Shown here: in pieces, positions 1-14,343 of the stretch
Position numbering within the stretch: the stretch's first letter is position 1
Layout: every line of letters starts with the position of its first letter
NCBI GenBank assembly: GCA_000934665.2
Contig: KZ538007.1
Span: 124,001-167,285 of the forward strand
Source of the DNA: Catajapyx aquilonaris
Taxonomy: Eukaryota
Reading direction: 5' to 3'
Length of the DNA stretch: 43,285 bases
Notes under the pieces: generated by a model
The model's input: the letters and a program-made list of their open reading frames with translations, nothing else
Told to the model about the DNA's origin: nothing
Databases searched by the model: none
Program-made: the position numbers and the translations under genes

Positions 1-351
1 CTGACAGAGGACGGTGTTAGAGGACGGGGCAGCAGGAGCAAGGATGGGTATTTCGGAAATCTCGCCACCTTACAAGTGGTCAACTTGACAAACAAACTGT
101 GACCACAAATGAAAGTCTAGATCAAGTCCTAGATCAAGTTGAGTACTTGGTGATTGAAAAATAGTGGGTGTGGAAAAGAGTCGAGTTTCAAACACCCCCC
201 CCCCCCCACCCCTCCCCCACACGCATTTCCGGGCCATTGGTTTGTGAGTCCCCGCGGAAAAGCACCTGGCGCCACTCCGGGTTAATCCGGTCTCCTCCAC
301 CGTAAAGTTTCAACAGCCCGCTAATGGGGAATTTGGACCTGGAAACCGAGG

Positions 352-354
<3 letters not shown>

Positions 355-393
<39 letters not shown>

Positions 394-399
394 AAAAAA
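355..399. repeat. (AG)17 microsatellite followed by an A11 tract
   Basis: Directly visible: 355-388 AG repeat, 389-399 poly-A. Confidence 0.97.
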
Positions 400-461
400 C
401 GTGGGATTGGAAAAATAGAGGCCGTCATAAGTTTGGGTTTGGAGCGACGCATGGGGGTTAA

Positions 462-508
462 CAAAATGGCGGGCTAGTTAGCGGGATTATGCTTGGAGAA
501 ATGGCGGC
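462..508 (+). promoter_or_regulatory. Two YY1/Pleiohomeotic-type motifs next to a GAGA tract
   Basis: caaaatggcgg (462-472) and aaatggcggc (499-508) match the YY1/Pho consensus CAA(G/A)ATGGCGGC. Confidence 0.3.
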
Positions 509-3128
509 TAACGCCAGGCCTAGATGGGCCAACGTGTGGAAAAAGTGTCAACTTAGTTAGTGGGATGGTTGGACCTCCAGAAAAAAAATTCCGTGTTTTT
601 TTACCAGCTTATGTAGACTCAGCCAGGTTTTAATATTTGGGAGTGGGGTTGTATAGTTGTGGGCCTATTAATTTGACTCAAGTCTTTAGTTGCCACTTAG
701 CCTCTTTGAGCTTAAAGACAAGGGGCAAGGAACATGCCAACAAATAAAATGCAAAAATGAGCTACCAATGGCCAAATTGCGACGAAAAAGTGGTCTGCCC
801 ACACTAGAACTGGATGGGCTAACACTTGAACAAAAAAAGGCCTGCGCAGGCTAGTGATTTTTACAAAACGTATGTCCACTTGGGCTCCCTTCCAAAAAAA
901 AAGTCAGCTATTCTAAGTTGGACGGTAGCCGCCATCGTCCTGCGGGCACAATACACCGCAATTTCTGCCCACTCGCAATCCTCTGGCATAATGAGCAAGC
1001 AAAGTCCCATAGTATGGCCCCCCTCTCCGGTGCGGCACTTGTATCCTCCTCATTAGGCTTCTACTCCAGCCTGGCTCTTCTGCCGAGTCAAATGGCCGCC
1101 GATGCACTTCCACGGAGCATCCAACCGAAGGCATCTCATCATATGCCCCAAACGTACGCCATTTCAATTTTCGCACTTTGTCTTCGTGGGCAGAAAATTA
1201 TCGGCAATCAACCTCAGGCAGATTCAGGCCTATTTCGGAAATTTAGGAGCGATTTTTTCATTAGTTGTGCTATTTGAGCGTGACTCATTATCCTGTACGG
1301 CTTGACCGTGCACTCAATTTAACTTATCTTACTAATAGAATTTACGTAGACGGATAAATATGTTCATTAACTCATGATGGTCAGCTTTATGTAGTTATTC
1401 ATGAATGCCTTCCAACAATTGCTGAAAAGGAGCTATTGTGACCGTGTTAGGTGCACATACTGTCACACAGGTAGGCTTATTATTATCCTATTGTGATGCG
1501 TTGATTCTTCCGCATCCCTACATTGATGCTCAAAGCCTACCAGTTATAATAGCTGCCTAAATGACCATGGTGTTATACAAGCACAGCTATATTTTTGACA
1601 CTGAAATAACCTGCTTGATGACATTTTAACATGTTGCGCAGGAATAATGATTTTACATTCTTATAGGAAGTGATTTGAAGCTGTCGATTTCACCTTCATC
1701 TTTATGCTATAAAGAAGCTGCATAGCAGTTATATTCACTGCATTATGTTATTACTAAATGGTAATTAATGCAATGCACTTAGGCTTACGCTCTCTAGCCT
1801 TCAGGAAGCAGTAATATTAAACATATTTTGTTTACACCTAGTGGTATAAAACACTGCAGGCTATAAAAGCTTCGCTACAGTAGTGATGTGTTGCTTCTAA
1901 CTTGTTATTCCTGATAATTTTAAACCACAGCAGCTCCGTATAATGCGCAAGTCATCGTTGCATCATATTCTCATTTACCAGATTCATCTCACCACTGATC
2001 TTACTTTAAGCCCAACTTTTTCACCTCCTTTCTACTTGTAAGATCAACCAATCAATGTCACATACTGCACTATAATTCACATTTAATACCTACCAAACGC
2101 TACTGTAAACTGAAGTGTTTACCACATCTTGGACCAAAAAGGGACCCCAGACTACGACAACACGACACTGTCACATGCACGTCAGACTGTGCGCAAAAGA
2201 ACCGCCTATGATTTTTACTGTAGAAGAGGGTTTTTGAAATGGTCTTTCCTTCCTGAAGCTACATCTATCTCCATCCCGACATTTCCCGTAAGCAACGTTA
2301 TTGCCAGCGACGGATTCTCCTTTTTTAAAAAAAGAAAAATCTTCTCTTTTTTTGATCCGAGAGACTTCATCTCACAGCTCGGAGGCTCTCGGAAACCTCG
2401 AGCAGCCGGAAGGGGTCTTTCTAACCGAGCCTAACAACCCTCACCGGAATTTGGCCCCGCCGTTAGCCCGGCTTAATTGTACTACGAGAGAAATAGAGAC
2501 CAATGATGGTGCGGGGGAGAGATGTGGACGGAAGATTGGGAGAAGATAAAGTTTTTTTTTTTTTTTTTAAAATAGTAGAGGAGAGAGGGGCTGAGTTTGC
2601 CCTCGGTTCAGGTCAGGCTCACCATTTCAAGTGGGGTCCTTCTCTGTGAGGGTTGGGTACTTTGATCAGAAATAGTAAAAGTAGGCCTACGTTACTGTGC
2701 TATTAAAGGGGATGGTTATGTGCGGTTTATCAGGCGTGATTTCATTACGATGCAATGCCGTTTAGAATGGAGGATTCGAGGTTTTTTGGGGATGGTACGG
2801 AATAACCAGACTTGACGTGGGTGACCAAATAGGGAAATTCAGCACCTAATCCGATCAAATTTTCTGAACCTAACGATAGGCACTCCTGACAAAGCGGTTA
2901 GCTGCAATGGGCAGTGTGAGCGTCCCTGCAAAGAAGACCGACAATTACGCAAATTGTTGCTGCACTTTATAGTGTGCACAATAGAAACATGTGGTGTGAG
3001 CACACGATCTGATGTGCAATGAATATTTCAACCTAATCAACAAATCCTGACTGTTCTCTTGTAGTGTTACCAAAAATATTTTAGACGACTCGTACACTTT
3101 ATTTCGTATATTCACGCACAATATACAG

Positions 3129-3200
3129 TTAAGGCGGGTTCACACTAGCTGACGGTAGCATACGAAACGAACGGAACGGTATGACGAAACGAACAGAACT
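3129..3200 (+). mobile_element. Solo left end of a Harbinger/Kolobok-like element with subterminal direct repeats
   Basis: ttaa-ggcgggttcacacta followed by two copies of acgaaacgaac(g/a)gaac. It resembles the terminus of 17227-17354; no matching right end was found. Confidence 0.4.
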
Positions 3201-6200
3201 AGGGGCTAGGTGTTCAGACACAAACGCGAGGGGCGTGGCTTAGTCTCCGTATCCCGCAGCGCATGCGCTGTGCTTGAACTCTCTAGCAGGACTCTCCCTG
3301 ATTGTTAACTACCTCGTTATTAGACTAGCCTCGTCTCCAGCTCTCTCACAGACTTGAAGCGTCTCCCCAGGTCCGTCACATGACATATTCCCGGATGCAC
3401 GCCATCTCCTGGAAAAACTGCCAACTCACACCATTAACTCCATCTACTGGATGCGGGGGATATCACAAGCTGTATAGATCGTAGGCTTGTGAACTGGCAC
3501 ACAGAAACAGAAACGACACTAAAAATTTTCTTTTCACTTGCTGCACAATACAAATAAAAATATGCGTCAAAATTAAAGTTATCAGCATATCAGCGCATTA
3601 CAACTTCCTTCTTTAACCTGGAAATTGCAGGAAGTGGTGAATGCTATTTCGAGGGTTTGAAAGTAGGGGTAATTGTGACGGCCGCCTAATTGCGTCTACC
3701 CCCGGCAAATTTCCTTCAATTTCCTGCCTCTTAACTAACCGCCATAATAGAGGCAAGCCTTACGGAATTCAGAGTTGGAAACATGCAGGAAATTATTCCA
3801 GCCAACCACGATTGCCCTCCCCCACCTAACCTCAGAAAAGCAAAGCCGTCACAACATAAAGGTACATCAGTTCAAGTCGTCCACGAAATTGGTTTCTCGA
3901 GAGGGCAAGATCCATTCCGACCATATTGCTCTCGAATATTTTCACATGCCGTTTTGTATAGATTGTCGACCCGCAAATGTGTGCCAGGAACTTTTCTTCT
4001 TTTTTTTTTTTTTACTTAGCCAGAGGGGATTGAGGGTCCTGGCTGCAGGAAGTGGCTGCTGCATTAGGAGATGGCTCCCGGCCATGTTTTCTGCAGGCTG
4101 ACGACTATCAATCCGAGGCGTTGCTGCGCCCCACCAAAATCCCTCATCAATCGACTTTTCGGGGGATTGGGAGGGAAGGGGTGGGTGGGATAACATTTCT
4201 TGGGAGAAGACGAGCCAGCAGGTGCAGGATATATAGACGGTACTTGCTATAAAAAAACACATTGGTGCATTGATGTTAGAGACGATTTTCAGGTTGCTAT
4301 AAACTTTTTTTGAAATTTTTTTATAGTGCTTTAAACCGTTGTGGATGAGAGGTGTGCGTTGGATATTTGCCAGCAGAATTTTTGCGCGTAAGTAAATGAT
4401 GGGTTTTGAACGGCTGCACATTGTACGGATGCATGCTGAATTCGATAACGAGTTAGCATGGAGTAGGAAAGAATAGCTTTGGTCATTATGGAAGAACAAT
4501 CTGTAACGTTTTGTACATATCGGCAGCGATTGGGAAAATGGTGCGTAATATGAATTATGTAATGTTGGCAACAGCATGAGGCGAAACATTTGAAAGCGTA
4601 TTCACAATACTAAGAGAGACCTGAACAGCGAACAATACAACTGGTTTATTTGGAAATGCACGGTATGAAAGCAAGCTTATTATAATTTTTCCCTCATTTC
4701 GGGATATTTCATGAAACGAGATTACATTTCATGCAACACATTTACGCTCAATTGGACTGCCAATGCATCACTAAACATTATTGGTTTCTACAGCTTAAGT
4801 GCGGTGTAGTAGTTCGGTTGGTATTATTATTCGCAGTCACGCACATGCATGATCATTTAATATTGAGCAATCTGCGGCAGGTTAATTACTGTTTTGTTAT
4901 TACAGTGAGCAAAATTGACCCATGTGTTTGTGTAGTAACAGAGCTTTTTCACAAAGGCCATGAAATTAGTGCCCCCCTTTACCCAAAAATAGCAGTAGAA
5001 TCAACGGAGCGCCTGTATACTAGTCTGCATGCATTACAAAGGAGGCTCATAGGTTAGCGTCCTTCCAGGATGAACCGCTGCATTCAAGGTCACTCAGGCC
5101 TGAACACTACACGTTTCACAAGCTTATACTCATCATTTAACTGCCTTATACTCTATATGCAGAATAACTCATAGACTACGACAGAATATAAAAAGGGCAG
5201 TAATGAGGTTTAGAAAGTTTTATGAAAAGTTGCGTTCTCAAAGGGTTTTTTTTTCAGGCATACCCGATAGAAGCAGGACTTACAAAAGAATTGAAGAAAA
5301 AAAAACTTAGAGGAATATTTAAGTCCTAAAGGCAACTTTTGTACAGAAATACATAGTTTGCAGTTTGGCAATATTGACTATAGAAACAAAGTCTCATGTC
5401 ACACCCTGTACACTTTGACATAGACAAAACTGCTCAATTGGACATCCGTTTGAGTACCGAAAAAAGTGGGCAGCAGCTCACAAAGCAACGAAGGGTCTGA
5501 ACGTTGAAAACAAAACTGCCTTATATCCTCCCCATAGCAAAAAAAATCCAGAAAACAAAAAAAAAACATACAAACAAACTTGAGCGAAGTTGGATTAGCT
5601 TTTCCTGGCTTGAAGTCGACCGCGAACTGAAGTGGCGCTTTGGCAGTTTCAGGATGGAGATTATTTGCTGGTTGGCAGAGAGTGCTGTGAAGAAATGGGC
5701 AGGAAGGAAGGCAGAAATAATGAAGGGAGACAAAGGGGAAGAAGGATCAGAGATAAAGAATGAGGTGTTGTATAAGGATCAAGAGAAATGCTGCGCGGGG
5801 GCCGACTCTTCATCTTCGTCACTTGTCTTGTTTCTTCTCGCCCCGGATACAGGGCCTAGATAAAAGGAATTGCTCTTTTTGTCCTCGAGTGTCGCAGGAG
5901 AGTGCGAACGGGAATGAGCTAAACTGCAGTAATAAAGTTGACCACGTTATTGGCCCGATAAGAGCCACTCGGGAATTTAGGACGCAACGTGCGGAAAGGG
6001 TATCAACCGCAATGACTCTCGTTCCTACCCCGAGTTACGATCACGTTCTGATCAGCTGAGTGGAGGATATTCGCATAATGTTGCAGTTCCACACTTGATT
6101 GTAAAAAAACACACACAATGTCCACTTTCATTGGAGGCGAGAAATCTGAAAGACTCATTACGTCAGCCGTTACAAAAATACTGCCATACCTACATTTAGC

Positions 6201-9200
6201 TCGGTATTTAATATTGCACATTTGAAACTAGGGCAAGGCCACAGCTATGGACGTGGAAGTTGGAGTAAGGGACTGTCCACAAAAGTGCAGGATAAGGCTT
6301 ATACAAAAATTATTAGCATAATCTGCCATGAAATGCTACTCTGGCTTTTAAAAAGTCTAGAAGTTGGTTTAAATTCGACCATTTTTTGGGACAAATGAAC
6401 CAACACAATTTGGTAGATTAAATGTACCCATATGTTTGAGTGAAAATTCCAACCCAATAATGAGGGTTCGGTTGACCTGCACAGGCACAGTGGCACAAAC
6501 GGGCACAAATGCTGAGTAACGTCCCAGCCATTAGGTAATGATATAAATGGTTTTATCTACACCACTATATGGTAATACAGTAGAAAATATTCAGGATATT
6601 ACCCAGGAAGTTGATTAATAATGAGAAAGTTCACATCTGGTTAGGATGATATTTTAATAGCCCATTTCATTGTGGTTACCTTCTTACTTTAGAGGAGGGT
6701 TTGAACCTCCAGGTTGTCTCTTTATTCAGAAAAGCATGCTGTCATACGGCCCAGTAGACGAGTCCATACTTAACTGGAGTCAATATAGTGTAATTGTGAG
6801 ATCACAGAGGCTCCTGGTCAGCTTCTCGGTGGAACGAATCATGCTCACACTGCAGCAATCAGAGATACTTGAGTTTCCCAGAATATTGAGTGCCATGAAG
6901 CGATTCTGGTTTTCTCAACCCTACTTCCGGCTAGATTATGGACTACGGAAATTCAGGTGCAACGTCTGGATCCCAGAAACCTGAGAATCCACCCTCTGTC
7001 TGATGGGCAAACGAGTTAGTCATGGTTGGCCCAAACCATCTACCCTTCCTTTCTTGCTCAGCTGATGATACAGTATGCCGAGAGGTACTCCATTTCCAGT
7101 GACATGTACTGTAAAATCATGTAATAGGCTACCGTACAGTTCCGAGAATGACTCCCCACAGAATTTTCAAATCTAGTGAAACTCGAGAATATACCATTCA
7201 GAATTACAGTGTACAGTGTACTGAGCGTGATCTAATAGCAAAAAATTCATCCCATGCATGGTATAATGTCACAGAATAGAGCTTTCTGGTGCAGTTTCTG
7301 AGAGGAAGTTCAGTTGTTCTACTGTCAATGCAAGGGCTGTGTAATTACTTTTCGAAAACTTTATAGTATATATACTGATACTATACTGTATAGAGAGAAA
7401 CATTGAGTGTAATTTAGTTGGTTTTAAGTTATTTACACCACAAAGTGGCATCTTGGCTGTTCTATCGTCTACTTAAGTCCATTTAGTCCTAAAGATTCAT
7501 AATTAGCCAGGAAACCAGAATTTTATTTATTCACAAATATTGTACTGGTATGTAAGCACCTGCAAATCACAGTCTTCGATATTCTCTAAACTATTTTTTT
7601 TGGACGGTGAATTTCACTTTATGCCGACGATATAATACCTTATAAGGTGTATAACGCATACACCGTAAAGCTCTTTTGGACTTTATCCAGTACCATTAAC
7701 ATGCTTGGGCAACACCATATAACGCATCACACAGAAAACTCATTCGAAATCAAGTACACACCCTGAAATAAAATCACAAACGTCCCCAAACTCCCTCTCT
7801 TATCCGCACCGCCATGTCAAAAAAAAAGTCCAGAATGCTCCTAATTAATTGGCCACTGCAAGACTAAACGATAAAGCCGGTTTTGGTAGAACATGACTTT
7901 GACTAAAGAAGCGGTAACAAAAGTTGGAGTGTCCAGTAACCAAATCCTGGCAGTGGTGGCTTGGGTAACCCCTCTGTTTGCCAACGTCTTTCTCTCTCCC
8001 GGCCCGAAAATCAAACCGAGATTAAGGGGCTTTAAAGAGCGCACTGACCACCATCCCCACCAAAAACGCCCGCCTCTAGCGCCTCCCTCTCCTCCAACCG
8101 CCCCCTTTTCCTCCAGCGCCAGCTCCACTTGGCTTCCCTTGCGAAATGACCGCTGCGTCTGACAACCTGGCGTGAATAATTGGGAGATGGCGACTTCCGG
8201 AACGGCGATTTGGGGGCAAGGGTGCGGCGAACGAGTTCGCATTTGCCACGGCTCTGGGGCCTCACCCTAACATACGGTAGCTTTTAGGCTACCAGGAGAA
8301 AAGAGGGAGACATAAGAGAGATATCTGGTTTTTAGAGGCCTGTGCACTAGGTCTGTTGAATAACCCTAACTGCAGAATGTCTGGGATTAATAGTTCAAAG
8401 TGGTGTTTACGGTGTCTTGGGTTATACTTGCGCTGGCTGGTGGATTCTAGTGCGGTTGGTATCGATGCCGGTAAATCATGGGTGATATGCATCGTGACTG
8501 GCAGTCTTTTTTGACAGTAACTTATTACTGCACTGGAAATATTTCAGGGTGATGTGCATACCCAGCGTCAAGTGCTGTCGAGGTTGGCGTGCTGCCATGA
8601 TATTGGTGGAATGATAGGTCGCGTAATTTCTACAGGGTGGGCTTAAAGTCAGCTCAGGAATTTCTGGAAACAAAAAATTGAATATCGTTGCACTTTATGG
8701 CTCAAAGCTAAGTAGATGATGCGGCGATGTTGGTATCGAACGTTTCGCTAGCTACTGTATTCCGGCTCTTGAAATTAAGTTTTGATATCTATGTATGATT
8801 AATTTCGGCAAATAATGTTCCCCGTTTTGGTTCACTGGCTCGCACTTCCCGATAAACTCTACTGAGCAAGTCTAGGCTTAAGTTATCGATGCAACTTGCT
8901 GAATACAATCAAGGTGTCATTATGCCATGATGAATAGATCTTTTTGTCAATAAATACACCGATAGTTATGGAGATGGTTTCTTATTTATGGTCATTCTTT
9001 TTTCTAACACAGTCATAAATAATAAGATGCCCGATTCAGTATCTTGCATCAGTCTAATAAATCGGTAAAATTTGCTGTAAGGTTGTATTATTTGGGTTGT
9101 GCATAGTTTTGGAATAATTCAATAACTGTAATCCCGACAATAATCACAAAATTATCTTGTGTACTTTTCTGCTACTTAGCTACTAAGTAGGCCTACTCTA

Positions 9201-11174
9201 AAAATAATGTTTTGTGAAACATGTAGCAATTACGGATAATTGTTTTCCATTCACTATTTAAGATCTTTACATTTTTAGACATGTTTAATGTCAACGTTTG
9301 ACCACCCCGCTTATATGCTAGCCTTAGTCGATATCCCTGTTCAAATATTTCACAAATAACCATGGATATACCGATCAGCAAACTTGAAACTGCAGGAACG
9401 TCCATGATTTTTTTTTGTAATTGAAGAGCTCGTTAATTAGTGTTGTACTCTTATGCCACATGTAATGATCATGCATGGAGTTAATCCTGAACAAGCCAGA
9501 TTTTAAAATTCTAATTAAGCTCATATCCAAACCTGTATACGGTACCTCTCTTTAGTTCCTTTTCCAGACTCACGATCTCGCAGCCTCTTTTTAAAGTAAA
9601 CACTTCTGGTAAAAGGAACGTTATACATAGGCCAGCTCATATCAGAGAACTGTAATAACAAGCAAGGAAAAAAAAAATCATTCACTGTAAACCACTGTAA
9701 AAGCCAGTATTTTACGACACCCGCTTAAAACAACCTTCTACAGCTTTAAAATAATTGCGCTACAAACATCACTTCATATTCCCCTCGCACATGAAGCTTT
9801 ACTATTCAACCCTCTTTTTTTCCAAGCTATGAAGGACGAAAATATACAATAGCACCGAGTTCAGCCAGAGTTGAAATTCTCTGTTCACGGCATGTGTACC
9901 TCCGGGTATACTCTCCGTCCAGTCCAAATTAATGCGCGTATGTAACACACCAGCAAAAAAAAGGGGCCAGAGAGCTGCCCACTCTGGGAATATCCTCGTC
10001 CAGGGCTGTATCCAACATTTGCTCAGAATTTACTACCGTCACGTTGTTGCTATTTTGCGCACGCTTTCTACCACAATGATCACCTACGATGTGCCCAGAA
10101 TATTGCTGCCAGGGACGGCTCAGTTTGAAGGCGACAGGTGCAATTTTTTTAAGGGAAGGGGAGTGGTCGTGATTGTTATTTTTTACCAGCTTCCATGCAT
10201 TTTAACCTAGAGAAGAATGAGCCACTGTTACCTAATTAGTGACGCTACGTGAGAGAAATGCGCCGTGGATGTAAAGGCATCCCCGCAAAGTGATTACAAG
10301 GGTACTAATGGCCGGACTGAGTAAGGGTTGTATACCGGTAGCACGAGGTTTTTGCGCCTAGGTACCGTACATCATGAGAGTCCACGTGGGATGTAGTACG
10401 TTTTGGCTAGGTTCTTCTAGGGTTTCATACCATCTGAGGGCTCAGATGCACTTTCAGGTGCGAAATAGTGATTTATAGGCAGCAACCTTTTGGGGTCGTT
10501 TAGAAGCGCTTCATCGGATGGAAATTGTGGCAGTCAGAAAATCAGGATTTTTTTCCCCCCTACCTTCCGTATGCGAATGAGACGGGCTGGAGATTGACGG
10601 GGTTTTTTCTGTGTTGATGGTTGGTTGGGAGGAGCTGGAGTTAATTTTTGCGGGGTTTACTCCGGAAGGTATCGATCAGGAGAGGTGCGATTTATCATGG
10701 GGTCTGGCACCGTGTTTCGTCAGGAACCATTAATTACCCAGGGTCCAAGTTCTACTGACAATTCACGCGAACATCTTCATCTGTAATACCGACTTTGGTT
10801 TAGATAGAAAGGGACAAAATAATTATGTTATTTAAAGGAGGAAAAATCTAAGTCCAAACTACCAGTGTCGAGATAATTGAAGGCAAATATTTGAACTTGC
10901 ACATGTTTACATGCTAATTAATAATTTCCCCAAAAAATTCCTGGCTCACCAGGAGATAGAACAGGAAAAATGCTACTCCAAACCGACTTGTATGCCGACG
11001 AGATGTACAGTATTGGTCATATATCGAGGCAACAGCCAGCGACATTTTCCGAAGCGGCAGAAGAAGGAATCTTCCTCGCTTGGCTTGTAGCATGCTTATC
11101 TTCGATTCCTTCATCTGCCGCTTCTGAAAATTTCGCTGGCAGTTGCCTCGATATATGACCAGTACTGTACTATT

Positions 11175-11322
11175 GGGTTCAATTATTAGTTCCAGCCACT
11201 TTACTAACCTGGTCTTGAAGCAACCATTCACACACACACACACACACACACCTCCTCACCGTAGAGCCTGTGCGAAGGGTTGCTTCAAGACCAGGATAAA
11301 GTGGCCAGAACTAATTGAACCC
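11175..11322. mobile_element. Short foldback element/MITE with ~50-bp imperfect inverted arms and an internal (CA)11 tract
   Basis: gggttcaatta..agttccagccacttta..cctggtcttgaagcaacc pairs with ggttgcttcaagaccagg.ataaagtggccagaactaattgaaccc. (CA)11 at 11229-11250. No clean target-site duplication (TSD). Confidence 0.75.
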
Positions 11323-14108
11323 GTTATACGTTCTTATAAATAATAATGAAGAGAGAAGTGGCAACAATGCCCTGAATGCGAGTTTCATCCCGATATATAA
11401 CTCAGGAGGCTGTGCGTACATATAGTGACTCCCATCCTCATGCCAAAACTGCCCTGTAATGCCTGAGTGACGCGATAGCTGCCATACACTCATAGTAATG
11501 ACATTGAAAACAGGCACTTTTAAAGCAGAATCTGAGATCTTTTTTCTTTACAACCGAATCTTCTCCATACTTTTATTCAAAGAGCCGCGTCAACGATCAC
11601 TTTCGATGCACCCGAGCGACTCAGCTATCGCAAAAGGTACGGGGCCCATAAATGTACCACATTGTGTGGACCCCCCCCCCCATCCTCCCCGCCCCTCCTC
11701 TCCCCAAAGAAGGGAAGTGGGGGATGGGATGAGGCCAGTGGGGAAGGCAGACGCCGTCGAAATGTGGCCACCCCGTCGGAACAGCGTCACATCACACAAA
11801 GGTCAACGGATGCAAGGCGGAGCTGCGGAATGGGTTTCTATAACTTTTCAATAACGCATGGTGAAGCCATTCGCAGGGGCCAGTCTTCCGACCACTCGGC
11901 GACAAAGGAGTCGCGCAGTTGATTCGGAAAAGGGTAATCGAGGAGAGGCCACCTCGTCTCCAGAAGGGAATCAGGAACGCGGAAGAAGGACAGTTCTGCA
12001 TCGCTCTATCACTACTGCCCCATTCCGACTCCCGAGCACGACACGCTCTTTTTTACGGTGTGTGTGCATTCCCGGATGCGGCAAACTCAAAATCGCCTCA
12101 ACGTCTCGTGGAACGTGCAAGGTAGAGAACTCAGAATGTGTGTTGTTTAGGTACCCAAAGCTGCTCTTCTTGGTTGTGGTTCAGAAGTAATAGATGCCAA
12201 CTCTGAGAAGCAATTTCGGCGTTATATCCGTGAAATAGGCTCATCTCGATACAGTAGCCTGTCTAGTACGTTTCCTGTTTTCCTAGTAGCTCTTTCAGGC
12301 GATGTGTTGGACTAAGCCAGATTAAACTTATATGGTAACAATATTGCTGTTACTTCCAACTTTATTAAGAACACTTTAAATACTAGCTTACGAGAACCGG
12401 TACTTGTGAAAGTGTCTTGCAGAATGAGCATTGCTTTAATTAATTAGTGAGGCGAGGTACACTCGACCAATTTGACGTGCTGATCAATATGCGGCAAGGC
12501 CTTAATGAGAGCCTGTATATAGGTCCCTATATACTGGAGCAATAGTTCCCCAACCCGGGAATTTTGGGATACTCCTGACATCATAGTAGTCCGTGGGAAA
12601 AACTATTTGTTCAAAAATATTAGCCTACAGTATTATTATGTAGCAACCGTGATCAGATCAGTGTCAAGCATATTTACTTACATCAATACAAGCGCACTAT
12701 GAGAAACACTGGCAATTCACTGCTACGATAGATAATGACTTAAGATGCACTACATCTTCGCAGCATCTTCATTAAGCATAGTATAATCACATGGGGTAAC
12801 TCTGTGGCACGTGAGTTAATTCGGGCTGACGTCAGGCCGAATTAAGGCACGAACTCCTACCAGTGCATTGCCCCACATTATATGCAGCAACGGAATGGAG
12901 TTGGCAACATGACGTGTCTTGAAGCCAGTGCTTTATGAAGACGTTTCAGTGGCCTTTTTGGAAAGAGCAGGAATGAGAGAGGGGCCTTGGAGTGGTGGCT
13001 GTCTGCTCACTATTGTGTATACTGTCGGAACTTTGTTTCGAAAGGCGTGTTTTCGTTGGACTCGGCGACTGGAGCATCTCCCAGAGAAGGCGAGAAACCT
13101 GGTCTCCAAGGAAGAAGGAAGATTTATTTCCTTCACTACCGCGTACTCTACCGGGAGAATCCAAAATCTAATTTAAAATTGCGAAGGATGTTCTTTATCT
13201 GGTTTGCTGTACAGTAAAAGGCTGGAGAATTTTTCTCTCGTCTCCTCCCCCCTTCCCTGCCCCCCCTTTCATTATTTATGATTGTTTTTGCTCCTGGCCG
13301 GAAAAGCACTTCTGGATCAGAAATCATTTATAAGGTAGATGAGACGTAAATGCACGACATCAATTCGTACCGCAAGTTCAATATGTCTTGTGGTCGATGA
13401 TGTCGAAGCTTTTATCTGTCAGAGGCATATAGACACGGAATTCCTGGATAAATAAGGTTATACAGTATAAAGGACGTTTTACAAAGGCATAATGTAACTT
13501 GTGAATGTATTATAGATCTTATCAATATCTCAAATTTTATAGGTCGATCACAAAATAATAACAGATTAATTTTAAATGGCAGTAATTCAAATCATAACTT
13601 TGGCATGCAGTTATCTCGATCAGCTATACTCTACGGAGATGTATAGGGAACTGTACTGTGCAGTTGATAAAAAGAGACAACGTTATCGGATAACATGTGC
13701 TTTTTATATATACAGCACAGACGCAGATTTCACGCTAGGAAAATATCCTGCAAACTCTCTTTGTAATGCAGCCTCCGAATTTGCTCCTGTAGTGATGGGT
13801 TTTGTCAAAATCCGGAGCTTGTCTTTGATGTCAGACGTTTATCCTCACTGTTCGAGGCAATTCTGCACGTCTCTTCTGTGCAGCGACCCAGTCTGGCATA
13901 ATAATAACAATCTTTGAAACTTACAAAGCTTTGCAGAATAGCTTTTGTTTTTTAAAAAATCTACAGAGATACTGGGAAAAACTGCATATAAGCAGATCTA
14001 CGCTGCAATGTGAATGAGTGGTGGATCAGTGTTTTGCATTATGCAGTGTATTAATCAGTATGTGTACTTGTATAATAAATAACTTATAGCATTATAGCAC
14101 CTTCTACA

Positions 14109-14255
14109 GTATCATCAGTTCAAAAAGAATTGTCCCAGTCATCCTGACGTGTGGGCTGGCCGCTCGACACACACCATGTAAGTTACATGGTATGTGTCGA
14201 GTGGCCAGCCCACACGTCAGGATGACTGGGACAGTTCTTTTTGCACTGTTGATAC
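14109..14255. mobile_element. Near-perfect 147-bp palindrome (hairpin MITE)
   Basis: 73-bp arms around one central G (14182), 5 mismatches and no gaps; preceded by TA-CAGT as in Tc1/mariner-type ends. Confidence 0.85.
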
Positions 14256-14260
14256 ATATA

Positions 14261-14343
14261 CACTGCGAAACCTCGATCTATCATTCCCGGATATATCGCT
14301 TTCCCTGATCCACAGACAAAATTGATGAATGGAGGTTTTACTG
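14261..14343. mobile_element. Decayed pogo/Tigger-like mini element
   Basis: Left end TA-cactgcgaaacctcgatctatca resembles the reverse complement of the right end (cagtaaaacctccattcatca). CAGTAAAACCTC is a common pogo/Tigger-type terminus. Confidence 0.5.

Noticed and set aside
3942..4589. Longest ORF in the track (215 aa, - strand)
   Set aside because: No domain motifs; it runs through poly-A/T and G-tracts. Explained by local composition.
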